Virus record (IMG/VR): IMGVR_UViG_3300021256_000002
Coordinates: 160,001 to 224,000 of that record
Strand: one strand, 5' to 3'
From: a virus
Taxonomy: Duplodnaviria > Caudoviricetes
Length of the DNA: 64,000 nt
A program made the translations under genes and the position numbers. Each line of letters begins with the position of its first letter. Positions within the stretch are counted from its first letter, which is position 1. This document shows, piece after piece, positions 20,662 to 28,954 of the stretch. The notes under the pieces were generated by a model that ran no database searches, was not told the DNA's origin, and saw only the letters and a list, made by a program, of their open reading frames with translations.

Positions 20662-20976
20662 TTAGTGTCGTACATATGCTGATTCTCCTTCCATATACCA
20701 TATAACTTCCCGTCGTATTGTTTTATTCGACTTAGAAAGACGAAATTTGCGCGGATTACCTTTGATATATTCCTTACCATGTTCAATAGATTCCGTAATC
20801 GATTTCAGATGATCATATATAGGTTCTGCAATCGACTTACCGTTAGAATCTAAAATGTGTTTAGCACTTAGTAACCATGAAATATGCCTACCACGCATAG
20901 TAAGACGACACCATACGTTATTATGATGGCGTCTCATAATTGAAACAGATTTTTTCATTTGGATTTTTCTTAACAT
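20662..20976 (-). CDS. small basic protein upstream of tubulin
   Basis: AGGAGG RBS, 104 aa, K/R-rich. Confidence 0.7.
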   Translation of the reverse strand: MLRKIQMKKSVSIMRRHHNNVWCRLTMRGRHISWLLSAKHILDSNGKSIAEPIYDHLKSITESIEHGKEYIKGNPRKFRLSKSNKTIRREVIWYMEGESAYVRH

Positions 20977-21019
20977 AATTTTCCTCCTATTAATTTCTAA
21001 TACTAGATAACAATAATGT

Positions 21020-21172
21020 AATCCATCTAGATGAAATGACTGTAGTCTAGCTGGAAGAATTTAGAGAGAAGCCTAGTGTTTCTTCTCGGAATTCTGCGCG
21101 TGGTGCAATGGCCGCACCACGCGTGTTGTTTGCCCTTTGCATACCAGATTCACCTCCTTTCATACTCTAAGA
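21020..21172 (+). ncRNA. candidate structured antisense RNA to the tubulin-operon leader
   Basis: AACA-ATAATG-TA late promoter at 21009-21020; hairpin GCGCGTGGTGC/GCACCACGCGT; closing ATGAAA/TTTCAT; G-U pairs favour the plus strand. Confidence 0.35.
21047..21142 (-). CDS. putative 31-aa leader peptide (MQRANNTRGAAIAPRAEFREETLGFSLNSSS)
   Basis: AAAGGAGGTG RBS directly after the early promoter at 21171-21188; not in the ORF track. Confidence 0.4.
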   Translation of the reverse strand: MQRANNTRGAAIAPRAEFREETLGFSLNSSS

Positions 21173-21227
21173 TAATATATATTTGAAATCAATATTGAGA
21201 TTTTCTATTATCCGTGACAAAATCCTA
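21171..21227. promoter_or_regulatory. back-to-back early (minus) and late (plus) promoters
   Basis: TTTCAAATATATATTATC on minus 21171-21188; GACA-AAATCC-TA on plus 21216-21227. Confidence 0.65.
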
Positions 21228-21249
21228 ACATAAGAAAGGGTGGTTTTAA

Positions 21250-22845
21250 ATGAAGCTTATTCTTTTAGATACAGAAAAATTCTGTCGATTGAATATGCTG
21301 AAAGAAGTAACCAATCCAATTGTACTTGATAGAGGATATACTCCTACATCAGATGGGCTTCTTTCAACATATATTTTTGGCACTTCAACCAAAGATAGAA
21401 AATCTACTTTTGCATATATTGATCTTCATTGCCATGTATTCCATCCGGTAATATATAAGTATATTCGTAGAATGGATAATCGTGTTGAAGGGATAATTGC
21501 TGGTAGAATACGTGTACGTATCGACTCAAAGACTGGGTATTTGATAACTGATGAAGAAGGTAGTACAGGAATTGATTTCCTATACAATAACTGGAACAAA
21601 ATCAAATGGCCTAAGAATGAATCGAAGATGAGATCCGATACGATTGACCTTCTTGCAGCGTATACGAGAAATGAAATTTTCATGAGTAAGCAAATCGTAT
21701 GTCCTGCATTCTATCGAGATGTAAATCTTCAGTCTTCTAAATCTGGTAGACCATCTATTCATAAAATCAACCGTCCGTATTCAAAGCTCATCCAGCTTGC
21801 TGGTACTTTGGATAATGGTGATTTTGCATTCAATTTGAACTATACTAAGTTCATGATACAGAAAACTACGATAGAGATATACGACTACTTCAAGAATCGT
21901 ATAGAGAAAAAACGTGGTTTGATAAAGCAGAATCTTCTGGGTAAGTCAACTGACTACGGTGCTCGTTTGGTAATTACCAATGAAGAGTTCATCTACAATT
22001 CAGTTGAAGAAATGCCGACATCATTCTACAAAACAGGCGTACCTGTTTCGTATTGTATGGCAATGGCAGCACCATTCTTCACTGGATGGATTCAGAATTT
22101 CTTCATTAGGGAATTTGAAGATTACCAATACAAATATCCGGGTTATGATGTAGAAAATAAAAAACCTATATACGTAGAACTTGAAGATCCTAGGATACAA
22201 TTCTCTGATGAGGTTGTACATGAGATGATGGAAGAATACTTACACTCATATGAGCACAGATTCGATCCAATATATCTCAAAACCAAAGATAAGAGATTTC
22301 CTAAGATAACTTTCCGTTTCAAAGGATACAGTGTAGCGGATTCTGAATTCGATCCTCATGACCCAGAGAAATTGTTGAGTCAGCGACCATTTACTTTAAC
22401 TGACTTAATGTACTTAGCTGCTGTTAATATATGTGAAGATAAACACATATATATCACTCGCTATCCGATGTCTGACCATTTAGGTATCTTCCCTTGCGGT
22501 ATAGCGGTATTATCAACTACGGTAACAGAAAAAATGATGATAGACGGAAAAGAATATCCGTTCTACCCAAAAGTTGAAGTTGGAAAAAGCTCTGCAAATG
22601 CATTTAAAGAAGTCTTAACTCTGTCTAATTGTTACTTAAAAGCACTCGGCGGCGACTATGATGGCGACCAAATCACTGGTAAAATAGTATTCTCACAAGA
22701 GGCTAATGCAGAGGCTGAAAGAATCATGCGGTCGTTTACGAATGTACTCGGAATTGATGGTGGTTGCATCAGAAAGACTGAGATTGAAGGCATTCAGACG
22801 TTATACTGCATGAGTCGTTGGAAAAATCCAAACGAAAAATTTTAA
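21250..22845 (+). CDS. virion multisubunit RNA polymerase, beta' N-terminal/catalytic subunit
   Basis: DGLLS..IFG, AYIDL, LIKQNLLGKSTDYGARLVI, TRYP, catalytic GGDYDGD; late promoter supports the virion assignment. Confidence 0.9.
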   Translation: MKLILLDTEKFCRLNMLKEVTNPIVLDRGYTPTSDGLLSTYIFGTSTKDRKSTFAYIDLHCHVFHPVIYKYIRRMDNRVEGIIAGRIRVRIDSKTGYLITDEEGSTGIDFLYNNWNKIKWPKNESKMRSDTIDLLAAYTRNEIFMSKQIVCPAFYRDVNLQSSKSGRPSIHKINRPYSKLIQLAGTLDNGDFAFNLNYTKFMIQKTTIEIYDYFKNRIEKKRGLIKQNLLGKSTDYGARLVITNEEFIYNSVEEMPTSFYKTGVPVSYCMAMAAPFFTGWIQNFFIREFEDYQYKYPGYDVENKKPIYVELEDPRIQFSDEVVHEMMEEYLHSYEHRFDPIYLKTKDKRFPKITFRFKGYSVADSEFDPHDPEKLLSQRPFTLTDLMYLAAVNICEDKHIYITRYPMSDHLGIFPCGIAVLSTTVTEKMMIDGKEYPFYPKVEVGKSSANAFKEVLTLSNCYLKALGGDYDGDQITGKIVFSQEANAEAERIMRSFTNVLGIDGGCIRKTEIEGIQTLYCMSRWKNPNEKF

Positions 22846-22951
22846 AATAATAAGGTATGATTGCATATGCAATCATACCGTTTTTACTCAGTTAATCCTC
22901 CTTTCAAATATATATTATATCTGTATCATACAAGAAAGGAGGATGGTTCAA

Positions 22952-23125
22952 ATGAGTGCTGATATTCTCAGCATTTCTCAGATCCAGGATTTGGTATCTG
23001 AGTTGACCTTTGCTAAAGGTCCAATCGCCGCTAAAGATTGGATTTTGACGCATATCCAGAATGGATATAAGCAGTCTGTTGCAATGGCGACCCTGATGTC
23101 AACTTGGATCGCCTTAACTTCATAG
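22952..23125 (+). CDS. small early protein, cassette 1
   Basis: GAAAGGAGG RBS; AKDWIL..I..GY.Q shared with cassette 2. Confidence 0.75.
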   Translation: MSADILSISQIQDLVSELTFAKGPIAAKDWILTHIQNGYKQSVAMATLMSTWIALTS

Positions 23126-23261
23126 CCAATTATGAAGTTAAACCTAAGAGGAGTAGCCGAAGCAACGCTCCTCTTTACTTTTTTGTTAATATATTGAAAA
23201 ATTAAACCCTCCTTTCAAGTATATATTATATCTATATCATACAAGAAAGGAGGTGAGTCCA

Positions 23262-23432
23262 ATGAGTAGTTGCCTTAGTGCAGTAAATTGTAGGGAATTC
23301 GTATTTGCTCTTATCCAGCAATATGGTCATAGAGCAAAGGAATGGATTCTTGATAACATTCCTCCAGGATACTATCAAGCATTAGCCCTGCATGATTATG
23401 CTGACTACTATTGGTATACTATGGGTAAATAA
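23262..23432 (+). CDS. small early protein, cassette 2 (56 aa, MSSCLSAVNC...YTMGK)
   Basis: Translated by hand; GAAAGGAGG RBS; AKEWIL..I..GYYQ. Confidence 0.75.
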   Translation: MSSCLSAVNCREFVFALIQQYGHRAKEWILDNIPPGYYQALALHDYADYYWYTMGK

Positions 23433-23544
23433 CTCGTTGGTATAACCATGGAAGAGGAGTAGCCGAAGCAACGCTCCTCTTTACTTTTTTGTTAGTGTAG
23501 ATAATTAAGTAAATGAAATCATATACTAAAGGAGATGTTTAATC

Positions 23545-23766
23545 ATGGATAAACCGATTTGTGAATGCTGTAATACTGACAAATTCATCGTTCAGCGTCG
23601 TGGTGGTGGATATAGATGTGAGCGATGCAAAACCATATGGAACGAAAGAGGTGCACTTATAGGTCCTCAAAGTACTAAAGCGTGTCGTCAACCTTCTGGA
23701 TTAGATTATATCATAAGTGAGTATTCGTATCAAAGTACCGTGTCATATGGCACAAAGTTAGCTTAA
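23545..23766 (+). CDS. small zinc-ribbon protein
   Basis: CECC...CERC; AAGGAG RBS. Confidence 0.7.
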   Translation: MDKPICECCNTDKFIVQRRGGGYRCERCKTIWNERGALIGPQSTKACRQPSGLDYIISEYSYQSTVSYGTKLA

Positions 23767-23892
23767 TAATAAAGAGAGAATAGAGAATGAATCTCTATTC
23801 TCTCTAATATTCCAAAATAAATTTCAAATATATAATATATACAGGTAAGCCAATTAAACTAAAGTGTTTTAAAGAAGAAAGGACTGGTTTTT

Positions 23893-24186
23893 ATGCTAAC
23901 TGCAAAAGAAGCATTTGAAAAACTTAAAGAGGTGCGTAAGCTTGAAAAGGAAAAAGGCGAAAAACGAATCGCTGAAATGGTTCAGGCCGAAGTTAAAAAT
24001 GTTGAAAAAGACATTGAAGGGGCAATTGCAATGTCTCGGCCGAATCTCACGTACACGTTCGTTGAACGCAACCGTACGATTCAAATGCGAGTCGTTCTCT
24101 TGTTAGAAGAGTTTGGCTATAGCGTAGATTTCGTTAAAGATTCATCCTCTATTACCATTGGATGGACTGATATGGTCGAACTGTAA
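23893..24186 (+). CDS. early hypothetical protein
   Basis: Early motif at 23823-23840, RBS, own terminator. Confidence 0.75.
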   Translation: MLTAKEAFEKLKEVRKLEKEKGEKRIAEMVQAEVKNVEKDIEGAIAMSRPNLTYTFVERNRTIQMRVVLLLEEFGYSVDFVKDSSSITIGWTDMVEL

Positions 24187-24249
24187 TCCATAGCGCAAAC
24201 AAAAGAAACGAGAGTTATTCGCTCTCGTTTCTTTTCTTCTTATGACGTA

Positions 24250-24552
24250 TCAATTTCTTTTGCTCTTGATATTTTCTATCGTAGAATAATACTTAGTGGG
24301 TAATGGGAACATTGTAATCAAGACAACTCCTCTGAACAGAAAGACCTGATGGTTGTAGATTCGGATGTTGTTTGCTTTCCGATATTTAAGATAAATTCCA
24401 TCTATATATCTGCATAATGAGCCAGATAACTCTGCATGGGTAATCCCATACATAAAAGCTTTTTCAGCCAATCTTTCAGAAGAACGCTTATTGATCCCTG
24501 CCCTAGATTTAATACGTCGTTTTGCATGCCGTGTTACAATCAAATCAACCAC
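24250..24552 (-). CDS. small basic protein, possible RelE/BECR-fold RNase-like (DUF4258-like)
   Basis: TRHAKRRIKSR motif and terminal LIT strand. Confidence 0.5.
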   Translation of the reverse strand: MVDLIVTRHAKRRIKSRAGINKRSSERLAEKAFMYGITHAELSGSLCRYIDGIYLKYRKANNIRIYNHQVFLFRGVVLITMFPLPTKYYSTIENIKSKRN

Positions 24553-24650
24553 CTTCTTATTTGATTTTATATATTAATTTACTTTCTTGTGATAGAAATT
24601 ATAACATAGAAATTGTAACGAAGAATTTATCTTCGTTACAATTCTCTTTA

Positions 24651-25427
24651 TCAAACAAAAACACAACTCAGACGGGTAAGCCCACTCTCTTTCTGGGACC
24701 AAGCGTTAAGGAGTTCAGCACGTTCAGCTGAAGCATTTTCCCATCTATTGACGAATAACTGCATATCAGCAAGTGCAGTAGGAGTCCCATCTTCGAATTT
24801 CAGAGTTTCATATAAGAATTGCTGTAAATCAAGTAAAGCTAACTTCGAGAAAGCTTTTCTATATTTACGAGGAATATCGAATGCCTCCGCTGAATATGAA
24901 ATCTCTAAAGTCAAAATTACTCTATCACGATAATAGTACCCAGTACTCAATCTGAATCTATTTGGTTCGATGAATTCAGTTATTACTGGAGGTTCAATTA
25001 CAGATGCTAAGTTAGCAGCGCCTTGTGCAACTGCCAACGCCTGATATGATTCAATTGTTTCGTATGTGGATGACAAAGCTTGATACCTCATATCATTATA
25101 CGGGTCAAGACTTTGAATACCTACAATGAATCTATCAGATTCTGGAGGGAATATCGGAGGGATTTCATATATATCCGATTGATCTCCTTGAAAAGCATCT
25201 CTATCATGAGGAACACGAATTTGATTCAAATCCACAGGAATTTTCATTTCTTTTGGAAAGTACGTTGAGAATGTTGGAATAGTTGAAGTCTTGATAACTT
25301 CATCATATATCTGTTCCATACTATAAGGAGTTGGTAAACGATGAAAACCAGTTTTAGTACGAAGTTGCTTCATCAGACTGGTTTTATCGTTAAACATAAA
25401 ACCGCCATCATGTGCCATGTTTACCAC
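24651..25427 (-). CDS. putative virion head-completion/neck protein
   Basis: Co-transcribed downstream of the prohead protease; function inferred from context. Confidence 0.5.
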   Translation of the reverse strand: MVNMAHDGGFMFNDKTSLMKQLRTKTGFHRLPTPYSMEQIYDEVIKTSTIPTFSTYFPKEMKIPVDLNQIRVPHDRDAFQGDQSDIYEIPPIFPPESDRFIVGIQSLDPYNDMRYQALSSTYETIESYQALAVAQGAANLASVIEPPVITEFIEPNRFRLSTGYYYRDRVILTLEISYSAEAFDIPRKYRKAFSKLALLDLQQFLYETLKFEDGTPTALADMQLFVNRWENASAERAELLNAWSQKESGLTRLSCVFV

Positions 25428-26338
25428 CTACCAAGCAAGTTCTTTACCTCTTCTTGAACAAAGGATTCCAAAGAAACAACGAAAGTTCTATTTCCACCAT
25501 GCTCATCAGGTTTCTCACCAAGAATAATATTCTTACGAGAAGAATCAAGATATGCAGATTCATACCCAACTTCGAAATGGTCGATAATCTCCTTCACATT
25601 ATGAGATTCTTCCATCAAGTAATTTACCAACTCGGCTTCGGAAGATTCCATATTGATAGCCCAGCTGAGGTTTACATCTTCCTCAGAGGTATTACCGAAA
25701 GATTCAAGTGTCGGCATCGCACATTCATACGTACCAGTACCCTGAATCAGAGTCGGAGTTTCTCCAGTTGCGTATGCAGCTTTATGAGAAGGAAGAATTA
25801 CACGGTCTTCAGTTACGATATGACACTTAGAACGAATCTCAACTCGTTTAGCATCAATCTTCGTAAGAGGTGCAAGTGCTCTCAAAGAGAATGCTGCAGT
25901 ACAACCCTGAAGAATATGTTTCGTGAACTGCTTACCATACAAATCATCATTGAGTGTTTCGATAGTACCATAGAGAGAATTCCCTTTGAACCAACGGTCA
26001 ACGATACGATGGCAGCAAACCTTCGGGTCAATCGATACAACACGAACAGGATCTTTGGTAACTGGATGTCCAGCTTCACCAAACAAATCCCCTCGCTTAA
26101 TCAATTCTGTAATATGAGGAGCATTCCAGCTTTCCATCATCGGAGCAAGAAGGTACTTACGATTGTTACGATTGAACACATTGAAGTCCTGTAAACAAGC
26201 TTCGAATCGTACGTAGAATAAATCAGGTGACTTCTCTACGTGAATGATTTTAGGCTTAACAGGTTCCATCGTTTGTTCTATAATAACCGAAGCTACAACT
26301 TCTTTTGCATCCGTAAACGGTTTTACAATTGGAGTCAT
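25421..26338 (-). CDS. prohead core protease (T4 gp21-like)
   Basis: NRNNRKY, GEAGHP (His), FSLRA (Ser), D.VILPS; late promoter at 26368-26379. Confidence 0.88.
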   Translation of the reverse strand: MTPIVKPFTDAKEVVASVIIEQTMEPVKPKIIHVEKSPDLFYVRFEACLQDFNVFNRNNRKYLLAPMMESWNAPHITELIKRGDLFGEAGHPVTKDPVRVVSIDPKVCCHRIVDRWFKGNSLYGTIETLNDDLYGKQFTKHILQGCTAAFSLRALAPLTKIDAKRVEIRSKCHIVTEDRVILPSHKAAYATGETPTLIQGTGTYECAMPTLESFGNTSEEDVNLSWAINMESSEAELVNYLMEESHNVKEIIDHFEVGYESAYLDSSRKNIILGEKPDEHGGNRTFVVSLESFVQEEVKNLLGRW

Positions 26339-26411
26339 ATTATTTCACCTACTTCTTTACATATTATTAGGGTAGTGTCCCGATGAATCAAATTCAAGGA
26401 GGTATAAAGAG

Positions 26412-26735
26412 ATGGAGCTTGATAAGTTATTTGAAGAGCAATTGATTGATGACTACAATCACTTTTTGAATATCAAAAAGTACGTGGAAACAGTTAAAAC
26501 TTTAAAAAATCCACGTCAACGAGGTGATTGTAAAGTACTTATTACCCTTACATTTAAAGCGATACGAGCTAGGGCTATTCAATATGGTTATATAAAAACT
26601 GGCATGGGGATTAAATTAACGGATGAAGAATACAAAAAGATTGAAGAAATCGTTAATTATGAAATTCCTCATAAAGGGGTCACTATTGCTATGTATGATG
26701 ATGACGATAAGTTTCATTCTTTTTCAATTTCATAA
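26412..26735 (+). CDS. hypothetical protein
   Basis: AAGGAGG RBS, 107 aa. Confidence 0.7.
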   Translation: MELDKLFEEQLIDDYNHFLNIKKYVETVKTLKNPRQRGDCKVLITLTFKAIRARAIQYGYIKTGMGIKLTDEEYKKIEEIVNYEIPHKGVTIAMYDDDDKFHSFSIS

Positions 26736-26753
26736 TTAGGAGGGTTTATACTT

Positions 26754-27449
26754 ATGAAGGTTAAACTGATTGATTACACGCAAAATGCTGAAGCTCTGGT
26801 AGCAACTGGAGCTAGAGTATGTTATTCTGCAACAGAGGTCGATAAGTTATTCGACGATATAAAGGATAACAAAGAAACTCAGCAGAAAATGATAAAGAAA
26901 GTGATTGAATCTAATCACATGAGTTGTTTAGAGCATATCTATTTCACTTTCGTAATTGGTGACGTATCTCGAATCATGTCCCATCAGTTTGTGCGCCATC
27001 GGTTGATGAGTCCTCATGAAAGAAGCCAAAGATATGTTAACCTTAACAAAATCAATGATGGCGAAAATTACTGCGTTATTCCAGATACAATCCTTGTAAA
27101 TTCAGATGCTTTATGCACATTTCTCGATGCAGTTGAAGAAGCAAAGTTTGCTTATGATAAAATGATAGAAGCTGGTATTCCTGAAGAAGACGCTCGATAT
27201 GTTCTTCCTGGTGCTACAAAAACAGCACTGATTGCTTCCTTCAATGGCCGTAGTCTTATTCATTTCCTGAGACTCAGATGTTGCAATCGCGCGATGACAG
27301 AAACACGCAAAGTTGCAATCGAAATGCTCAAGCAAGTTCGTGAAGTTTGCCCTACTATTTTCAACCAAGTCGGTCCTGGGTGTTATATGGACGGTAAATG
27401 CCCTGAAGGTAAAATGAGCTGCGGTAAGCCCGTTCTTGAAATATGGTAA
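26754..27449 (+). CDS. thyX: FAD-dependent thymidylate synthase
   Basis: H.S.LEH, HQFVRHR.MS..ERSQRY, EDARYVLP, HFLRLR. Confidence 0.95.
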   Translation: MKVKLIDYTQNAEALVATGARVCYSATEVDKLFDDIKDNKETQQKMIKKVIESNHMSCLEHIYFTFVIGDVSRIMSHQFVRHRLMSPHERSQRYVNLNKINDGENYCVIPDTILVNSDALCTFLDAVEEAKFAYDKMIEAGIPEEDARYVLPGATKTALIASFNGRSLIHFLRLRCCNRAMTETRKVAIEMLKQVREVCPTIFNQVGPGCYMDGKCPEGKMSCGKPVLEIW

Positions 27450-27460
27450 TCGGATTAAAT

Positions 27461-27496
27461 TAATAGGATAGGTAGTTGATTCTACCTATCCTATTT
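27461..27496. terminator. bidirectional terminator
   Basis: AATAGGATAGGTAG/CTACCTATCCTATT inverted repeat. Confidence 0.75.
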
Positions 27497-27499
27497 TAG

Positions 27500-28147
27500 T
27501 TAGTATCTCGGATGATACGGTACGATATTCTTCCATTCAACGTAATTATCATTACGAAGATGGAGATATGTCTGACCGTTCTTCAATGCGATATACAAAT
27601 TCTCATCGTATGGTATTCCCATAGGTTCTTTCAATTCAGGAGCCATTACGTATATCATATGTTGAGTAACCGAAGCTTTCTCCTTATCTGCTTTAGATAA
27701 GAAATTGTATGTGTTAGATACAAACTTGCGATTAATTTGTTCCTGATACTTCACATCAGATAAGAAGATTATCTGACGGCTATCATCGGGTAAATTTGTA
27801 ATCAACCCTCCATATGGGCTGTAGTGCTTGAAATACCTCAAGAATACATTCCTGAATACAATTGGTTCATCTCGTTCAGAATGAACCACTTCTTCTGTCA
27901 AAATACTATGACGGCTGATAACAAACATCTGATACTTGGAGTTATCATGCTGCTTTGGGAAAGATTTCAGTACATACATCAAATCTATCTTTCCTTTCAA
28001 CGTACCAGGTATATTCGTATCACCATACTCATATTTAGCGATTGGTTTATTGACAGGAGTATCTCTAATATTAAACATAGTCGTAGGAGTTAAACTTGAA
28101 AACTTCCTACAATACTCGATATAACTTGGAGGCATTTGTATTGGCAT
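27500..28147 (-). CDS. late hypothetical protein
   Basis: RBS and GACA-N6-TA at 28163-28174. Confidence 0.7.
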   Translation of the reverse strand: MPIQMPPSYIEYCRKFSSLTPTTMFNIRDTPVNKPIAKYEYGDTNIPGTLKGKIDLMYVLKSFPKQHDNSKYQMFVISRHSILTEEVVHSERDEPIVFRNVFLRYFKHYSPYGGLITNLPDDSRQIIFLSDVKYQEQINRKFVSNTYNFLSKADKEKASVTQHMIYVMAPELKEPMGIPYDENLYIALKNGQTYLHLRNDNYVEWKNIVPYHPRY

Positions 28148-28216
28148 AATATCACCTTCTTTTAAAATGCTGTCAAAATTCCATATACCCTACATATCAG
28201 GGTATATGGAATCAAT

Positions 28217-28390
28217 TTACATAATACTGTACATTATACAGATCGTATCGACTATCACTAAAAAAGTAAACACTGCAAAGAAGATTAACATAACTACCAT
28301 TAGAGCTGAAAGCATAAATTTATCTACGTTATCTTGATTTGCTATGTACCATCTTTTAAATTTAGTAAAGTTACGATTTAGAAAGTCCAT
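28217..28390 (-). CDS. small membrane protein (57 aa, MDFLNRNF...MYSIM)
   Basis: AAGGAG RBS, one TM helix, downstream hairpin; below the ORF-track cutoff. Confidence 0.6.
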   Translation of the reverse strand: MDFLNRNFTKFKRWYIANQDNVDKFMLSALMVVMLIFFAVFTFLVIVDTICIMYSIM

Positions 28391-28498
28391 TACGTGCTCC
28401 TTCTTTCTTATACTAACATTATTACATTCACAACAATGTTGCTTTCAATATACCAAAATACATTATAGATATATATTATATACACGTATAGAAAGGAG

Positions 28499-28951
28499 AT
28501 GGTTCATGTGACCAAAAAACAGAAACTGCCGATTGCAGTGAAATTCGAATTAGAGAATGGTGAAGATATCAATTTTCAATTCGAAGCCTTTGAAGAATTT
28601 AGGATTTGCGAAAATTCTAGCGTTCATTGGTATTCTAAATATGAAAATGATATCAAATTAGCTTTCGGAGGTGCTTATTTTAGAATAAAGAATAAATATA
28701 ACTATACGTTAGAAAATATGTATCATACTCCAGATGATACTACGACAGCATTTGATAGATTAATACAACACAAGGATATCATACAAATAGTGTTGTACTA
28801 TCCAGATAAAAAAATCAACTTTTCTCCTTGGATAGATGACGACGAAAGATGTTCATCGAATCAAGATCAAAGTAGTATGATTGATAAAGAATCTGGAGAT
28901 TTACTGATACTAATCAAAAGTTCAGTAATACCTAGTTCATTGGAGGGATAA
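28499..28951 (+). CDS. early hypothetical protein
   Basis: Early motif at 28465-28483, GAAAGGAG RBS. Confidence 0.7.
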   Translation: MVHVTKKQKLPIAVKFELENGEDINFQFEAFEEFRICENSSVHWYSKYENDIKLAFGGAYFRIKNKYNYTLENMYHTPDDTTTAFDRLIQHKDIIQIVLYYPDKKINFSPWIDDDERCSSNQDQSSMIDKESGDLLILIKSSVIPSSLEG

Positions 28952-28954
28952 TCA

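Larger units (their letters stand above)
22897..23494 (+). repeat. two tandem promoter-ORF-terminator cassettes with near-identical flanks
   Basis: 46-nt upstream block (22897-22942 vs 23208-23253, 2 mismatches) and identical 43-nt terminator block (23146-23188 vs 23452-23494). Confidence 0.9.

Noticed and set aside
20598-20786. N-terminal extension of tubulin in the ORF track
   Set aside because: Overlaps the upstream gene; a strong RBS and the tubulin fold begin at 20597.
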